Shown piece by piece: positions 24,732 through 33,116 of a DNA stretch of 52,244 nucleotides. The notes under the pieces were generated by a model that searched no databases, was not told the DNA's origin, and was given only the letters and a program-made list of their open reading frames with translations. Every line of letters starts with the position of its first letter. The first letter of the stretch is position 1. The stretch comes from Minisyncoccota bacterium (GTDB lineage: Bacteria; Patescibacteriota; Minisyncoccia; Moranbacterales; UBA2206): NCBI GenBank assembly GCA_031291955.1, contig JARLIA010000012.1, positions 1-52,244 of the forward strand, given 5' to 3'. The position numbers and the translations under genes were made by a program.

Positions 24732-26330
24732 TTATTTTCCTCTCCGCACCTTCGCTGCCACCAATTTTATTTTTTCGTAACTTATTTCTTCCGGTAATAT
24801 ACTTTTAATCGGACCAAATTTCTCCAAGCCGACCTTGGCGATCACTTCCAGAATCCGGCTTTGCTCGAGCGGCGTCACCAATTTGTCAACATCCAACTCA
24901 CCGCCGGATTGATACCAATCGATGAGATGACCAATGATCGTGCTCTCGCCCAGCCCGCGCATTTTGGCGATTTGCGCCACCTCGTAGCCGCGTAAATTAT
25001 AGAGATCCACAGTAACTTTGACCGTGGAAGACAAAAACGGTTTCTCAACCCGGCTCCGCGCGGCCGCGACTTTGTTCGCGTCCGCTTTCCAGCCAAGACA
25101 CACGTCACACCCGCCGCAGTTTCGAGAACCAGTTCTGACCGTCGGGTCGTTGAAATATTCCAAAATCAATTTGCGCCGGCATTTCCGGCTCGTGACATAT
25201 TCTTCAATCTTTTCCAGTCGATCGTATTTTATGCCGGATATTTTCCGCGCTTCCAGCCAGCTTTTTCCCCGCCCGGTCATTTCATCATGATTGTTGCGGA
25301 TAAAAAACTTATGCGTACTGGAATCTTTTTTAGAGTGAAGAAGAATGCAATAAGCCGGTTCTCCGTCCCTCCCTGCCCGGCCCGCTTCTTGATAGTAGCC
25401 TTCCAAACTCCCCGGCATCCCGGCATGGATCACAAACCGCACGTCGGCCTTGTCCACACCCATCCCAAACGCAACCGTCGCCACAATCACTCGGATCTTG
25501 TTTTCCATGAAATCATTCTGGATTTTTTCGCGGCTAGGCGCAACCATTCCGGCATGATAGGCTTCTGCCTGGATATTGTTTTCTTTGAGATATCCCGCCA
25601 ACGCTTCCGTTTCTTTCCGGGTGAGCGCGTAGACAATTCCCGCGCCCCGCATGGAATTTATTATTCTCAGAACTTCCTCATAACGCTGACGCGGTTTGAT
25701 GTTCGCTTCGCAAAAAAATTTCAAATTCGGCCGGTCAAATCCTCTTATAAACACGGCCGGATTTTCCAGTTCCAGACGCTCAATGATATCATCTTTCACT
25801 TCCGGAGTGGCAGTAGCTGTAAAAGCCGCCACAATTGGCCGGTGCGGGAGTTTTTTTATGTAATTTTTAATATTCAAATAGTCCGGCCGGAAATCATGCC
25901 CCCAAGCCGACACGCAATGCGCCTCATCCACCGCCAAAAATTTTATATCCAGCTCGCGCCACACTGCGGAAAAACTTGGCGCGGCCAAGCGCTCCGGCGC
26001 GGCGTAAAGGATTTTTGTTTTCCCTGATTTGATATCGGCGATTCTTTTTTCCGCTTCACGCGAACTGATAGTGCTGTTTATGAAAGTAGCCGGAATGCCG
26101 CGCGCCGCGAGCGCGTCCACCTGGTCTTTCATGAGCGCGATGAGCGGCGAAATCACTACCGTCAGTCCTGGCAAAATCACAGCTGGCAATTGATAGCACA
26201 AAGATTTCCCGCCGCCGGTCGGCATAAGCGCCACCGCGTCGCGGCCAGACACGATCGCTTCCACGATTTCGCGTTGGCCAGGACGAAATTCGCTAAAGTT
26301 GAAATATTTTTCCAAATTTTTTTCAAGCAT
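24732..26330 (-). CDS. recQ: ATP-dependent DNA helicase RecQ (C-terminal HTH instead of HRDC)
   Basis: FRPGQREIV, PTGGGKSLCYQ, DEAHCVSAWGHDFRP and the RQC zinc Cys cluster are present. The start is placed at MLEKNLEKYF; the 16 upstream codons run through the palindrome 26348-26408. Confidence 0.92.
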   Translation of the reverse strand: MLEKNLEKYFNFSEFRPGQREIVEAIVSGRDAVALMPTGGGKSLCYQLPAVILPGLTVVISPLIALMKDQVDALAARGIPATFINSTISSREAEKRIADIKSGKTKILYAAPERLAAPSFSAVWRELDIKFLAVDEAHCVSAWGHDFRPDYLNIKNYIKKLPHRPIVAAFTATATPEVKDDIIERLELENPAVFIRGFDRPNLKFFCEANIKPRQRYEEVLRIINSMRGAGIVYALTRKETEALAGYLKENNIQAEAYHAGMVAPSREKIQNDFMENKIRVIVATVAFGMGVDKADVRFVIHAGMPGSLEGYYQEAGRAGRDGEPAYCILLHSKKDSSTHKFFIRNNHDEMTGRGKSWLEARKISGIKYDRLEKIEEYVTSRKCRRKLILEYFNDPTVRTGSRNCGGCDVCLGWKADANKVAAARSRVEKPFLSSTVKVTVDLYNLRGYEVAQIAKMRGLGESTIIGHLIDWYQSGGELDVDKLVTPLEQSRILEVIAKVGLEKFGPIKSILPEEISYEKIKLVAAKVRRGK

Positions 26331-26347
26331 ATTGTAAATTTTACCTG

Positions 26348-26408
26348 ACGCCGTAGAACCGTAGAGACGCCGCGCCAAGGCGCGGCGTCTCTACGCATCT
26401 CTACGCGC
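26348..26408. repeat. GTAGAGACGC palindrome block upstream of recQ
   Basis: The perfect palindrome gtagagacgccgcgcc-aa-ggcgcggcgtctctac (26361-26394) is flanked by extra half-sites cgtagaac / tctctacg. Confidence 0.85.
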
Positions 26409-26415
26409 CCGATCT

Positions 26416-26643
26416 TTACTGGAAATATTCCTTGAGTCCCATCAGCATGTTTCCGAAATCGGCAAATTGGTCTTTGAAGAGCAGGATACGATTGATGATT
26501 TTTTTGCCGTCTTTGTCGAGATACGACTCGGCAATCGTCAGATAGTTATCGCCGCGGGAAGTTTTTTTGACGTCGAAGAAATATGTTTTCTTCCCCGACC
26601 GGAGCATTTGGGAATGCACCTTTTCTTTTTCATTGACGGGCAT
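26416..26643 (-). CDS. PUR-alpha-like nucleic-acid-binding protein (DUF3276 family)
   Basis: VHSQMLRSGKKTYFFDVKKTSRGDNYLTIAES... The start is placed at MPVNEKEK; the upstream ORF part is made of repeat sequence. Confidence 0.7.
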   Translation of the reverse strand: MPVNEKEKVHSQMLRSGKKTYFFDVKKTSRGDNYLTIAESYLDKDGKKIINRILLFKDQFADFGNMLMGLKEYFQ

Positions 26644-26652
26644 CTTATTTTT

Positions 26653-26721
26653 AGTATGCGAATGGCGCGCTGTGAATGCGCGCGTGCGAATCGTTATCCA
26701 TATTCGCAAAATACGCATACT
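26653..26721. repeat. GCGAAT-rich inverted repeat abutting the start of 26416-26643
   Basis: The outer arms are agtatgcg/cgcatact, with inner gcgaat/attcgc units. Related attcgc units occur at 13368-13385 and 26825-26870. Confidence 0.65.
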
Positions 26722-26824
26722 CATTTTAATTAATTACAATGTTATTATAACACTGTTTACTTATCACTACAAACCCGCCCTGTGGATAACTCCATCGCCA
26801 ATGATGAGCTGATTTTAGCCAATG

Positions 26825-26851
26825 AAAAGCGAATCCAAAAGATTCGCTTTT
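26825..26851 (-). terminator. Rho-independent terminator of 26883-27695
   Basis: The stem is aaaagcgaatc/gattcgctttt with a 5-nt loop, and T residues follow on the minus strand. Confidence 0.7.
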
Positions 26852-26882
26852 ATTCGCCAACATTCGCTCTACCTTCATGATT

Positions 26883-27695
26883 TCAGTTTTCCGCGAAATT
26901 AACGTTCACATCCACCGTCACTTCCTGAGTTCCGGATGGCACTTGGGCTGGTGCCACGCTCTTCCCTGCTCCAGCCGGCATCGCAAGAGCATCACTATAC
27001 ATCGGCACGGGCTGGGGCGCGTTGGAAGCATCTTGCCAACTGACGACCGGCCCTAATTTTTTTATGCCAGCCGCCTGGGCCAACGCTTGGGCTTTAGTCC
27101 TGGCATCTTCGATCGCTTTGATGCGCGCCTCTTGTTGCAAGTTAGCCAGACTCGAAACGGAATAGTCAATCCCTTGCACTTGGTTGGAACCAACTGTCCC
27201 AGCTACCGCCGTTATTTTCCCGACCAAATCTGGATTTTTGTCCGCGCCCTCCACTTTGATAGCCAATGTTTCATTGGCATTGTAACCCGAAATCGTGGAG
27301 GATCCATCCTTGTAGTTGTAGCCCGGCGAAACGTTGTAGTTGCTGGTCGTAATGGCGTCTTTCTGCACCCCCAATTTCCCGACCGCCGCGATGATGTCGG
27401 CAATCTTGGTATTAAGCTGATTCATCGCCTCGTCGGATGTCGGAGTGTTATTTATTTGCATGCCAAGATTGATCGTCGCCGTGTCCGGCTGATAACTGAC
27501 TTTCCCCTCGCCCATCACCATGATCCGGTCCTTGTTCTGATTTTCACCGCGACCGGGAAAAAGCGCCATCACCAAAACAACCGCCACCAAAATCATTCCG
27601 ACCAAGGTCAGCACGAAGGCTTGTTTTCTGCGTTGCGAATTAAATTCCCCATTTGTTTCTTCCATAGTGTTTATTTTACTTTTTAACTCCTTCAT
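26883..27695 (-). CDS. SIMPL/DUF541-family periplasmic protein
   Basis: An N-terminal TM segment is followed by IMVMGEGKVSYQPDTATINLGMQ...ARIKAIEDARTKAQALAQAAG, typical of SIMPL. Confidence 0.75.
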   Translation of the reverse strand: MKELKSKINTMEETNGEFNSQRRKQAFVLTLVGMILVAVVLVMALFPGRGENQNKDRIMVMGEGKVSYQPDTATINLGMQINNTPTSDEAMNQLNTKIADIIAAVGKLGVQKDAITTSNYNVSPGYNYKDGSSTISGYNANETLAIKVEGADKNPDLVGKITAVAGTVGSNQVQGIDYSVSSLANLQQEARIKAIEDARTKAQALAQAAGIKKLGPVVSWQDASNAPQPVPMYSDALAMPAGAGKSVAPAQVPSGTQEVTVDVNVNFAEN

Positions 27696-27715
27696 TATAT
27701 CAAAATCCGCCTCAA

Positions 27716-27744
27716 TTGACTATTTGGAAGATTTTCTGTATGCT
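27716..27744 (+). promoter_or_regulatory. Sigma70-like promoter for the thrS leader
   Basis: TTGACT, 17-nt spacer, TATGCT. Confidence 0.4.
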
Positions 27745-27750
27745 TGAGGC

Positions 27751-27912
27751 ACAATCAAATGAGGCGCTGACATGGACCAACCAACCATCGAGCCTCGGCT
27801 AGAACTAGCGATTTAGTCAAAGAGCGCCCAAAAATTATGGGAATTCGAGTGGAACCGTCCCGCCTCGGCGGGGCCTCGAAGTCAAATAATTTTTAGGCGT
27901 TTTTTATTTTAA
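27751..27912 (+). promoter_or_regulatory. Probable T-box leader of thrS
   Basis: The layout is antiterminator-like: helix uucgag (27844-49)/cucgaa (27875-80), a 7-nt bulge UGGAACC (27850-56) and an inner helix guccCGC-cucg-GCGgggc. An upstream stem ggcgcugac...gucaaagagcgcc has an ACC-rich loop (gACCaACCaACCa). A U-run lies at 27900. Confidence 0.5.
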
Positions 27913-27930
27913 TTAGTCTAAATAAAATAT

Positions 27931-29742
27931 ATGACAACAAAAAAAGCACCCAATCAGTTAGAAATTATAAGACACTCCGCCTCTCACGTCCTCGCCGCGG
28001 CGGTTCTGGAAATGTTCCCGGAAGCCAAACTCGCCATCGGGCCGGCCATTGAGAACGGTTTTTACTATGATTTCGATCTGCCGAGGACTTTGATTCCGGA
28101 AGATCTGCCGATTCTCGAAGAAAAAATGAAGGAGATAATCAAAAAAAATTATCCTTTCGAGCGCGCGGAAATTTCTGTCGAAGAAGCGGTCAAGGATTTT
28201 GACAAAGCCGGGCAAGTTTATAAAGTTGAATTAATTAATGATTTAAAAAAAGACGGCGAAGAAAAAGTTTCAGTTTATAAATCCGGCCACCTCGTCGACC
28301 TTTGCCGCGGGCCACATGTCGAGTCGACCGGGAAAATTCCATCCGACGCTTTCAAACTCACCAAAATATCCGGTGCTTACTGGCGCGGCGACGAGAAGAA
28401 CAAGATGCTGCAACGGATTTACGCCGTCGCGTTCGAGACGAAAGAAGAACTGAAAAATTATTTGCACATGCTGGAGGAAGCGGAAAAAAGAGACCACCGA
28501 AAAATCGGCAAAGAGCTGGATTTGTTCCATATTGATGAAAAAGTCGGCATTGGATTGCCGTTGTGGCATCCTAAAGGAGCGTTGCTCTGGAGAATAGTTG
28601 AGGACTATTGGTATAGCGAGCATCTAAAAAATGGCTACGACCTCGTTCGCTCACCGCATATTGGAAACCGAGAGCTCTGGGAAACTTCCGGGCACTGGGG
28701 TTTTTACAACGCCAGCATGTACCCGCCGATGGAAATCGGCCAAACACTAGAAGATAAACAGAACAATATCAAACCTAAAGAATCGGAAGAATTTTTACTT
28801 AAACCGATGAATTGTCCCTTTCATGTGCAAATTTATAATAATGATTTGAAGTCATATCGCGAACTTCCTTTGCGATGGGCGGAATGCGGAACCGTTTATC
28901 GCTTTGAAAAAAAAGGCGAACTTTCCGGACTGACTCGCGTCCGCGGATTCACTCAAGACGATGCCCACATTTTTTGCCGCATCGATCAGGTCGAGGAAGA
29001 ACTGAAAAAAGTCGTTGATTTTATCCTCCATATCTTCAAATCTTTCGGATTCAATACAAATCTGATCAATGTTTATCTCTCGCTCCGCGATCAAAAAAAT
29101 AAAGAAAAATATGCCGGAAACGATGATGGCTGGGAATTCACCCAAGACATTTTGCGAAAAGTCGCGAAAGAAAAGAAATTAAATTTCACAGAAGAAGAAG
29201 GTGAAGCGGCTTTTTATGGACCAAAGCTGGACTTCAAATTAAAAGATGTCTTAGGCCGAGAATGGCAATGTTCGACACTTCAATTCGATTTCAATCTTCC
29301 GGAAAGATTTAATATGACTTTTATAAATAGCAAAGGAGAACAAGAGAGACCCTATGTTTTGCATCGGGCGCTCTTCGGATCATTCGAAAGATTTCTAGCT
29401 CTGCTCATCGAACATTACGCCGGCGCTTTCCCGCTCTGGCTCTCGCCAGTCCAGGCGATGATTATTCCCGTCAGCGAAAAATTCACTGCCTACGCCCAAT
29501 CCGTAGGGGTTCAATTTATTGAACCCGGCATCCGTTTCCAAATTGACGATTCAGACGAATCTTTGGGCAAGCGCATCCGCGCCGCCAAAATGCAAAAGAT
29601 TCCTTATATCCTGGTTGTCGGAGAGAAAGAAGCTTCAGCTGATTCTGTCGCCGTCAACGCGCGGGATAATGAAAAGCAGGAAGTAATGAAAGTGGATGAA
29701 TTTTTGGAAAAAATTGAGAAAGAAATTGAGGAAAAGAAATAG
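27931..29742 (+). CDS. thrS: Threonyl-tRNA synthetase (no N-terminal TGS domain)
   Basis: RHSASHVLAAAV (editing HxxxH), class II motifs ...FRFEKKGELSGLTRVRGFTQDDAHIF... and an anticodon-binding C-terminus. Confidence 0.93.
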   Translation: MTTKKAPNQLEIIRHSASHVLAAAVLEMFPEAKLAIGPAIENGFYYDFDLPRTLIPEDLPILEEKMKEIIKKNYPFERAEISVEEAVKDFDKAGQVYKVELINDLKKDGEEKVSVYKSGHLVDLCRGPHVESTGKIPSDAFKLTKISGAYWRGDEKNKMLQRIYAVAFETKEELKNYLHMLEEAEKRDHRKIGKELDLFHIDEKVGIGLPLWHPKGALLWRIVEDYWYSEHLKNGYDLVRSPHIGNRELWETSGHWGFYNASMYPPMEIGQTLEDKQNNIKPKESEEFLLKPMNCPFHVQIYNNDLKSYRELPLRWAECGTVYRFEKKGELSGLTRVRGFTQDDAHIFCRIDQVEEELKKVVDFILHIFKSFGFNTNLINVYLSLRDQKNKEKYAGNDDGWEFTQDILRKVAKEKKLNFTEEEGEAAFYGPKLDFKLKDVLGREWQCSTLQFDFNLPERFNMTFINSKGEQERPYVLHRALFGSFERFLALLIEHYAGAFPLWLSPVQAMIIPVSEKFTAYAQSVGVQFIEPGIRFQIDDSDESLGKRIRAAKMQKIPYILVVGEKEASADSVAVNARDNEKQEVMKVDEFLEKIEKEIEEKK

Positions 29743-30881
29743 TGAAATATTACATCAAAACCTTCGGTTGTCAAATGAACGTCAGCGATTCGGAGCGCGT
29801 CGCCGGCTTCTTGGAAGCGCGAAACTTCAAGCCGGCCAAAGACATAAACAAGGCTGATTTTGTAATTTTCAACACTTGCGGCGTCAGACAGACGGCCGAA
29901 GACCGCGTTTATGGTCAAGTGCACAATCTCGCAACGCGTAACGTGGAACGTGGAACGAAAAAACCGCTAATTATTTTAACCGGCTGCCTCGCTAACCGAA
30001 AAGACGTGCAAAGAAGATTGAGAGATAAAGCTGATCTATTTTTTCCTATCAACGATTTTGAAAAATTTGAAAATTTTGTCATTGAAAATTGTTTGAAAAT
30101 TTTAAATTGTAAATTGAAAATTCCGGCACAGGCAGACATCATCGACTGCTCTGACTATTTATCCATGCCTCCCAAGTATTCAGAAACTAAATCAGCTTTC
30201 GTGCCGGTCATGACCGGCTGCAACAATTTCTGTTCCTACTGCGTCGTCCCCTACGCCCGCGGCCGGGAAGTCTCGCGGCCAGCCGAAGACATAATTTCGG
30301 AAGTTGACGCTCTGGCCAAGAAAAAATACAAAGAAATAATTTTATTGGGCCAAAACGTCAACAGCTACGCTTTTGGACGTGGCACATCCAAAATAACTTT
30401 TCCTGCTCTTCTTGATTATCTCGCCTCAACTTATCCAAAAATTAATTTCAAATTCCTCACTTCCCATCCCAAAGACTTCTCCGACGAACTGATCGAAATC
30501 ATCGCTAAAAATAAAAATATTTCCCGCGAGATTCATTTGCCCGTCCAGGCCGGATCGGATAAAATTTTGAAACTCATGAACCGACCATACACGCGGAAAA
30601 AATATTTGGATCTGATTAAAAAAATCCAAAATAAAATTCCTGGCGTAGCTTTCACCACCGACGTCATCGTCGGCTTCCCCAGCGAGACAGAAAGTGATTT
30701 TCAGAAAACCGTCGACGTTTTTGAACATGTGAAATACAACGAAGCCTACATCAACAAATATTCCCCCCGCCCCGGCACCGCCGCCTTCCGACTCGGCGAT
30801 CCGATCAATTGGGAAGAGAAGAAAAGGCGGGAAAAAGTTTTGCGAAAAATTATTAAGAGTCAAAATAAAAAGACGGAGTGA
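29742..30881 (+). CDS. miaB: MiaB-family radical-SAM methylthiotransferase (short; no obvious TRAM domain)
   Basis: It has the UPF0004 N-domain TFGCQMNVSDSE and the radical SAM motif GCNNFCSYCVVPYARG. The GTG start overlaps the thrS stop, and miaA is nearby. Confidence 0.8.
   Translation: MKYYIKTFGCQMNVSDSERVAGFLEARNFKPAKDINKADFVIFNTCGVRQTAEDRVYGQVHNLATRNVERGTKKPLIILTGCLANRKDVQRRLRDKADLFFPINDFEKFENFVIENCLKILNCKLKIPAQADIIDCSDYLSMPPKYSETKSAFVPVMTGCNNFCSYCVVPYARGREVSRPAEDIISEVDALAKKKYKEIILLGQNVNSYAFGRGTSKITFPALLDYLASTYPKINFKFLTSHPKDFSDELIEIIAKNKNISREIHLPVQAGSDKILKLMNRPYTRKKYLDLIKKIQNKIPGVAFTTDVIVGFPSETESDFQKTVDVFEHVKYNEAYINKYSPRPGTAAFRLGDPINWEEKKRREKVLRKIIKSQNKKTE
29933..29957. repeat. AACGTGG heptad tandem inside the miaB-like gene
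   Basis: aacgcgtaacgtggaacgtggaacg is translated as TRNVERGT. It is related to the GCGTGGA block in miaA. Confidence 0.6.
30054..30124. repeat. GAAAATT-heptad element inside the miaB-like gene
   Basis: gattttgaaaaatttgaaaattttgtcattgaaaattgtttgaaaattttaaattgtaaattgaaaattcc is read on the plus strand as DFEKFENFVIENCLKILNCKLKIP. Confidence 0.8.
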
Positions 30882-30909
30882 CGCACTCCGTCCAGCAAGA
30901 TTCTTTGGA

Positions 30910-31341
30910 CTATCTCTTTTTTCCCCATAGACTAGGATCCGGTTTACGCAAATTTCCTTCCGCTTTGACCATTGAAGGAATTTTCGACTTCCTTTCTTCG
31001 CGCGCTATCTCCTGACCCACTTCTTCCTTCCTTAATTCTATTGATTGCAATATGGACAATTCGAAAGGATTTATCCATTCCTTATCGAGAAGAGCGTGAA
31101 CTAATTGGCTGCTCCCGTCACATTTGCTGCACTCCCGGCATATTTCAAAAAATGCAGCCAGAAGCCTGTCCATCTCATCGAAGTCGAAAGAATCTAAATC
31201 GCTGTCCTCCTTAGCTTTTTGAACCGCTTCATCCAAATGAGAAAACATTTCTCGCTTCCAAGCGTTTTTTTCTTCTCCATCTTTAGATTTGCTGCATTGA
31301 AGACAGCAAGCCGATGCCACACCAAGCGAAGAGATATACAT
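30910..31341 (-). CDS. Hypothetical acidic protein with Cys motifs (CCLQC, CRECSKC)
   Basis: The ATG lies 5 nt after GGAGGG. Confidence 0.55.
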   Translation of the reverse strand: MYISSLGVASACCLQCSKSKDGEEKNAWKREMFSHLDEAVQKAKEDSDLDSFDFDEMDRLLAAFFEICRECSKCDGSSQLVHALLDKEWINPFELSILQSIELRKEEVGQEIAREERKSKIPSMVKAEGNLRKPDPSLWGKKR

Positions 31342-31423
31342 AGACACCCTCCTGTCTTTGATTTCCTCGTAAAATAAGGTACAATCAAACTCCCTGCTTC
31401 AATACTATTACCATTACGTCAAA

Positions 31424-32347
31424 ATGTCAAAAACAACCAAAAAAATCATCGTCATCCTCGGCCCGACTTCTTCCGGCAAATCAGACATCGCCATAAAATT
31501 AGCCCGGGAAATTAACGGGGAAATTATTTCGGCCGATTCCCGGCAAATTTATCGCGGGCTGGATGTTGGAACCGGCAAAGTTCGTGGGGCGTGGAGCGTG
31601 GAGCGTGGAGCGTTTATTTCAGAAGGTATTCCGCATTATGCCATCGACATCGTCAGTCCGCGGACAGAATTCAACGCGGCCAAATTCAAAAAATACGCCG
31701 ACAAAATAATCGCCGATCTCCTCTCGCGCGGCAAATTGCCGATCATCTGCGGCGGAACAGGTTTTTGGATAAAATCCATTGTCGACAATGTCCAGTATCC
31801 CGAAGTGAAGCCGGATTGGCAATTACGTAATCAATTACGTAACAAACCCGCCGAAGAATTATTTCTCGAACTAAAAAAGCTCGACGCGGACCGCGCCGAA
31901 ACGATTGACGCAAAAAACCCGGTAAGATTGATCAGGGCGATCGAGATTTGCAAAACTCTTGGTCACGTGCCGAAATCTGTAGGGGGCAATAATTATTGCC
32001 CCCTACAGATCGGCATCAATCTGCCCCAAGAAGAATTACAAGAAAACATCCGAAAGCGTCTCGAGAAAAGATTCTCCGCCGGCATGATCGAGGAAGTCAA
32101 GAAATTACATTTTGAGAATAAAATTTCCTGGAAGCGATTAGAGAGTTTCGGCCTGGGCTATTTCTGGATCCCGAAATATCTGAAAGGCGAAATAGAGACG
32201 GAAAAAGAATTATTCGAAAAAATATATCAAGCCGAAAAGGATTACGCCAAGCGGCAAATGACGTGGTTTAGAAAAGACAAGCGGATAAAGTGGATGGAAA
32301 AATATCCGGAGATTGAGAAATCCGCAAAAGGATTCCTTAAAAAATAG
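31424..32347 (+). CDS. miaA: tRNA dimethylallyltransferase
   Basis: The P-loop is GPTSSGKSDIAIKLA, then ...ISADSRQIYRGLDVGTGK. It contains three repeat-derived inserts. Confidence 0.92.
   Translation: MSKTTKKIIVILGPTSSGKSDIAIKLAREINGEIISADSRQIYRGLDVGTGKVRGAWSVERGAFISEGIPHYAIDIVSPRTEFNAAKFKKYADKIIADLLSRGKLPIICGGTGFWIKSIVDNVQYPEVKPDWQLRNQLRNKPAEELFLELKKLDADRAETIDAKNPVRLIRAIEICKTLGHVPKSVGGNNYCPLQIGINLPQEELQENIRKRLEKRFSAGMIEEVKKLHFENKISWKRLESFGLGYFWIPKYLKGEIETEKELFEKIYQAEKDYAKRQMTWFRKDKRIKWMEKYPEIEKSAKGFLKK
31589..31613. repeat. GCGTGGA heptad tandem (3.5 units) inside miaA
   Basis: gcgtggagcgtggagcgtggagcgt is translated as AWSVERGA. Confidence 0.75.
31821..31843. repeat. TTACGTAA-type motif pair inside miaA
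   Basis: aattacgtaatcaattacgtaac is translated as QLRNQLRN. Confidence 0.7.
31977..32008. repeat. Perfect 32-bp palindrome inside miaA
   Basis: ctgtagggggcaataa|ttattgccccctacag is translated as SVGGNNYCPLQ. Confidence 0.85.
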
Positions 32348-32390
32348 AAGGCAATATGTTTCGGCAGATTGAGCCGAAACATATTGCCTT
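32348..32390. terminator. 18-bp-stem hairpin between convergent miaA and 32413-32655 (probably a bidirectional terminator)
   Basis: aaggcaatatgtttcggc-agattga-gccgaaacatattgcctt. The T-run is on the minus-strand side. Confidence 0.65.
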
Positions 32391-32412
32391 AGTTAAAGTC
32401 CGGAGTTGTTGC

Positions 32413-32655
32413 TTAGGCCCCCACAAAGAGATATTCCACCTCCGGATCCTGATGACTGACGCTGTTTATTGCTCCGCTCTGGAACAGCGGCTTCTTAATC
32501 AAGCAAGACTGGCAACTTATTGAATGGAACACACTCCCATTGGGAAGCTTAGCATCAGCCAATTTTGCATGCTCCCCACAACCAGCGCAGTACCCCACCC
32601 TGCCGTTCACCGATACTAGGATTAAAACCGAATGGAGTTTTTCTGAATATAACAT
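32413..32655 (-). CDS. Small zinc-ribbon-like protein
   Basis: AGGAGG lies 5 nt upstream of the ATG. It has CAGCGEH...CQSC. Confidence 0.55.
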   Translation of the reverse strand: MLYSEKLHSVLILVSVNGRVGYCAGCGEHAKLADAKLPNGSVFHSISCQSCLIKKPLFQSGAINSVSHQDPEVEYLFVGA

Positions 32656-32890
32656 TGCCCCCTCCTTCCGCCACAGTTCTGGCAGATTTTGTTTTTAAAA
32701 AAACTATTCATCACGCTCCACGGATAAAAAAAATCACCCGCGAAGGTGAAAATTGAAAAAACTATAAACTATTGTTGGCTTCCTAAAACGTGGTTTTATT
32801 TGGTTCGGTTCCATATCTTCAAGCATTATAGCACTTGGGAAAATCCAGACAAGGCAGAGATATCCACAGGCAAAAAATAAAAAACTATCC

Positions 32891-32926
32891 TTTAAAAATT
32901 TTAGCCAGGGGTGTTACCCTGGCTAA
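32891..32926 (-). terminator. Rho-independent terminator of the Cys-rich gene
   Basis: The stem ttagccaggg/ccctggctaa has a 6-nt loop and a T-run on the minus strand. Confidence 0.75.
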
Positions 32927-32933
32927 GACTAGG

Positions 32934-33116
32934 TTAGGCATGGCAAGCAACGGCCATGCAAATATTGCAGTCGCGTTCATCGAAAACCGGATCTGGGCAC
33001 GTTTCACAACCCAGATGCTCGTTTTGTCGGCGAGTGCAGTACGAACACTCACGACAAATACACCTTTCCGTTTTCTGCCCAAGTTGACCAAATTCTATTC
33101 CTCCTGTCATAGGCAT
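32934..33116 (-). CDS. 60-aa cysteine-rich protein (9 Cys)
   Basis: The internal ATG lies 6 nt after AGGAGG: MPMTGGIEFGQLGQKTERCICRECSYCTRRQNEHLGCETCPDPVFDERDCNICMAVACHA. It has its own terminator. Confidence 0.6.
   Translation of the reverse strand: MPMTGGIEFGQLGQKTERCICRECSYCTRRQNEHLGCETCPDPVFDERDCNICMAVACHA

Noticed and set aside
26331-26378. N-terminal extensions in the ORF track for recQ (26331-26378), rplA (41537-41599), gap (52096-52119), the PUR-like gene (26644-26724), the pilin-tail protein (46202-46378) and the first operon gene (1232-1309).
   Set aside because: The extensions translate repeat or palindrome sequence. They are absent from the conserved N-termini of these families, and internal Met codons reproduce the canonical family N-termini or signal peptides.
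27931-30881. Domain losses: ThrRS without the TGS domain, the MiaB-like enzyme without TRAM, and RecQ without HRDC.
   Set aside because: These are real in the sequence, but they are the kind of domain minimisation commonly seen in reduced genomes. I noted them in the feature evidence and not as separate findings.
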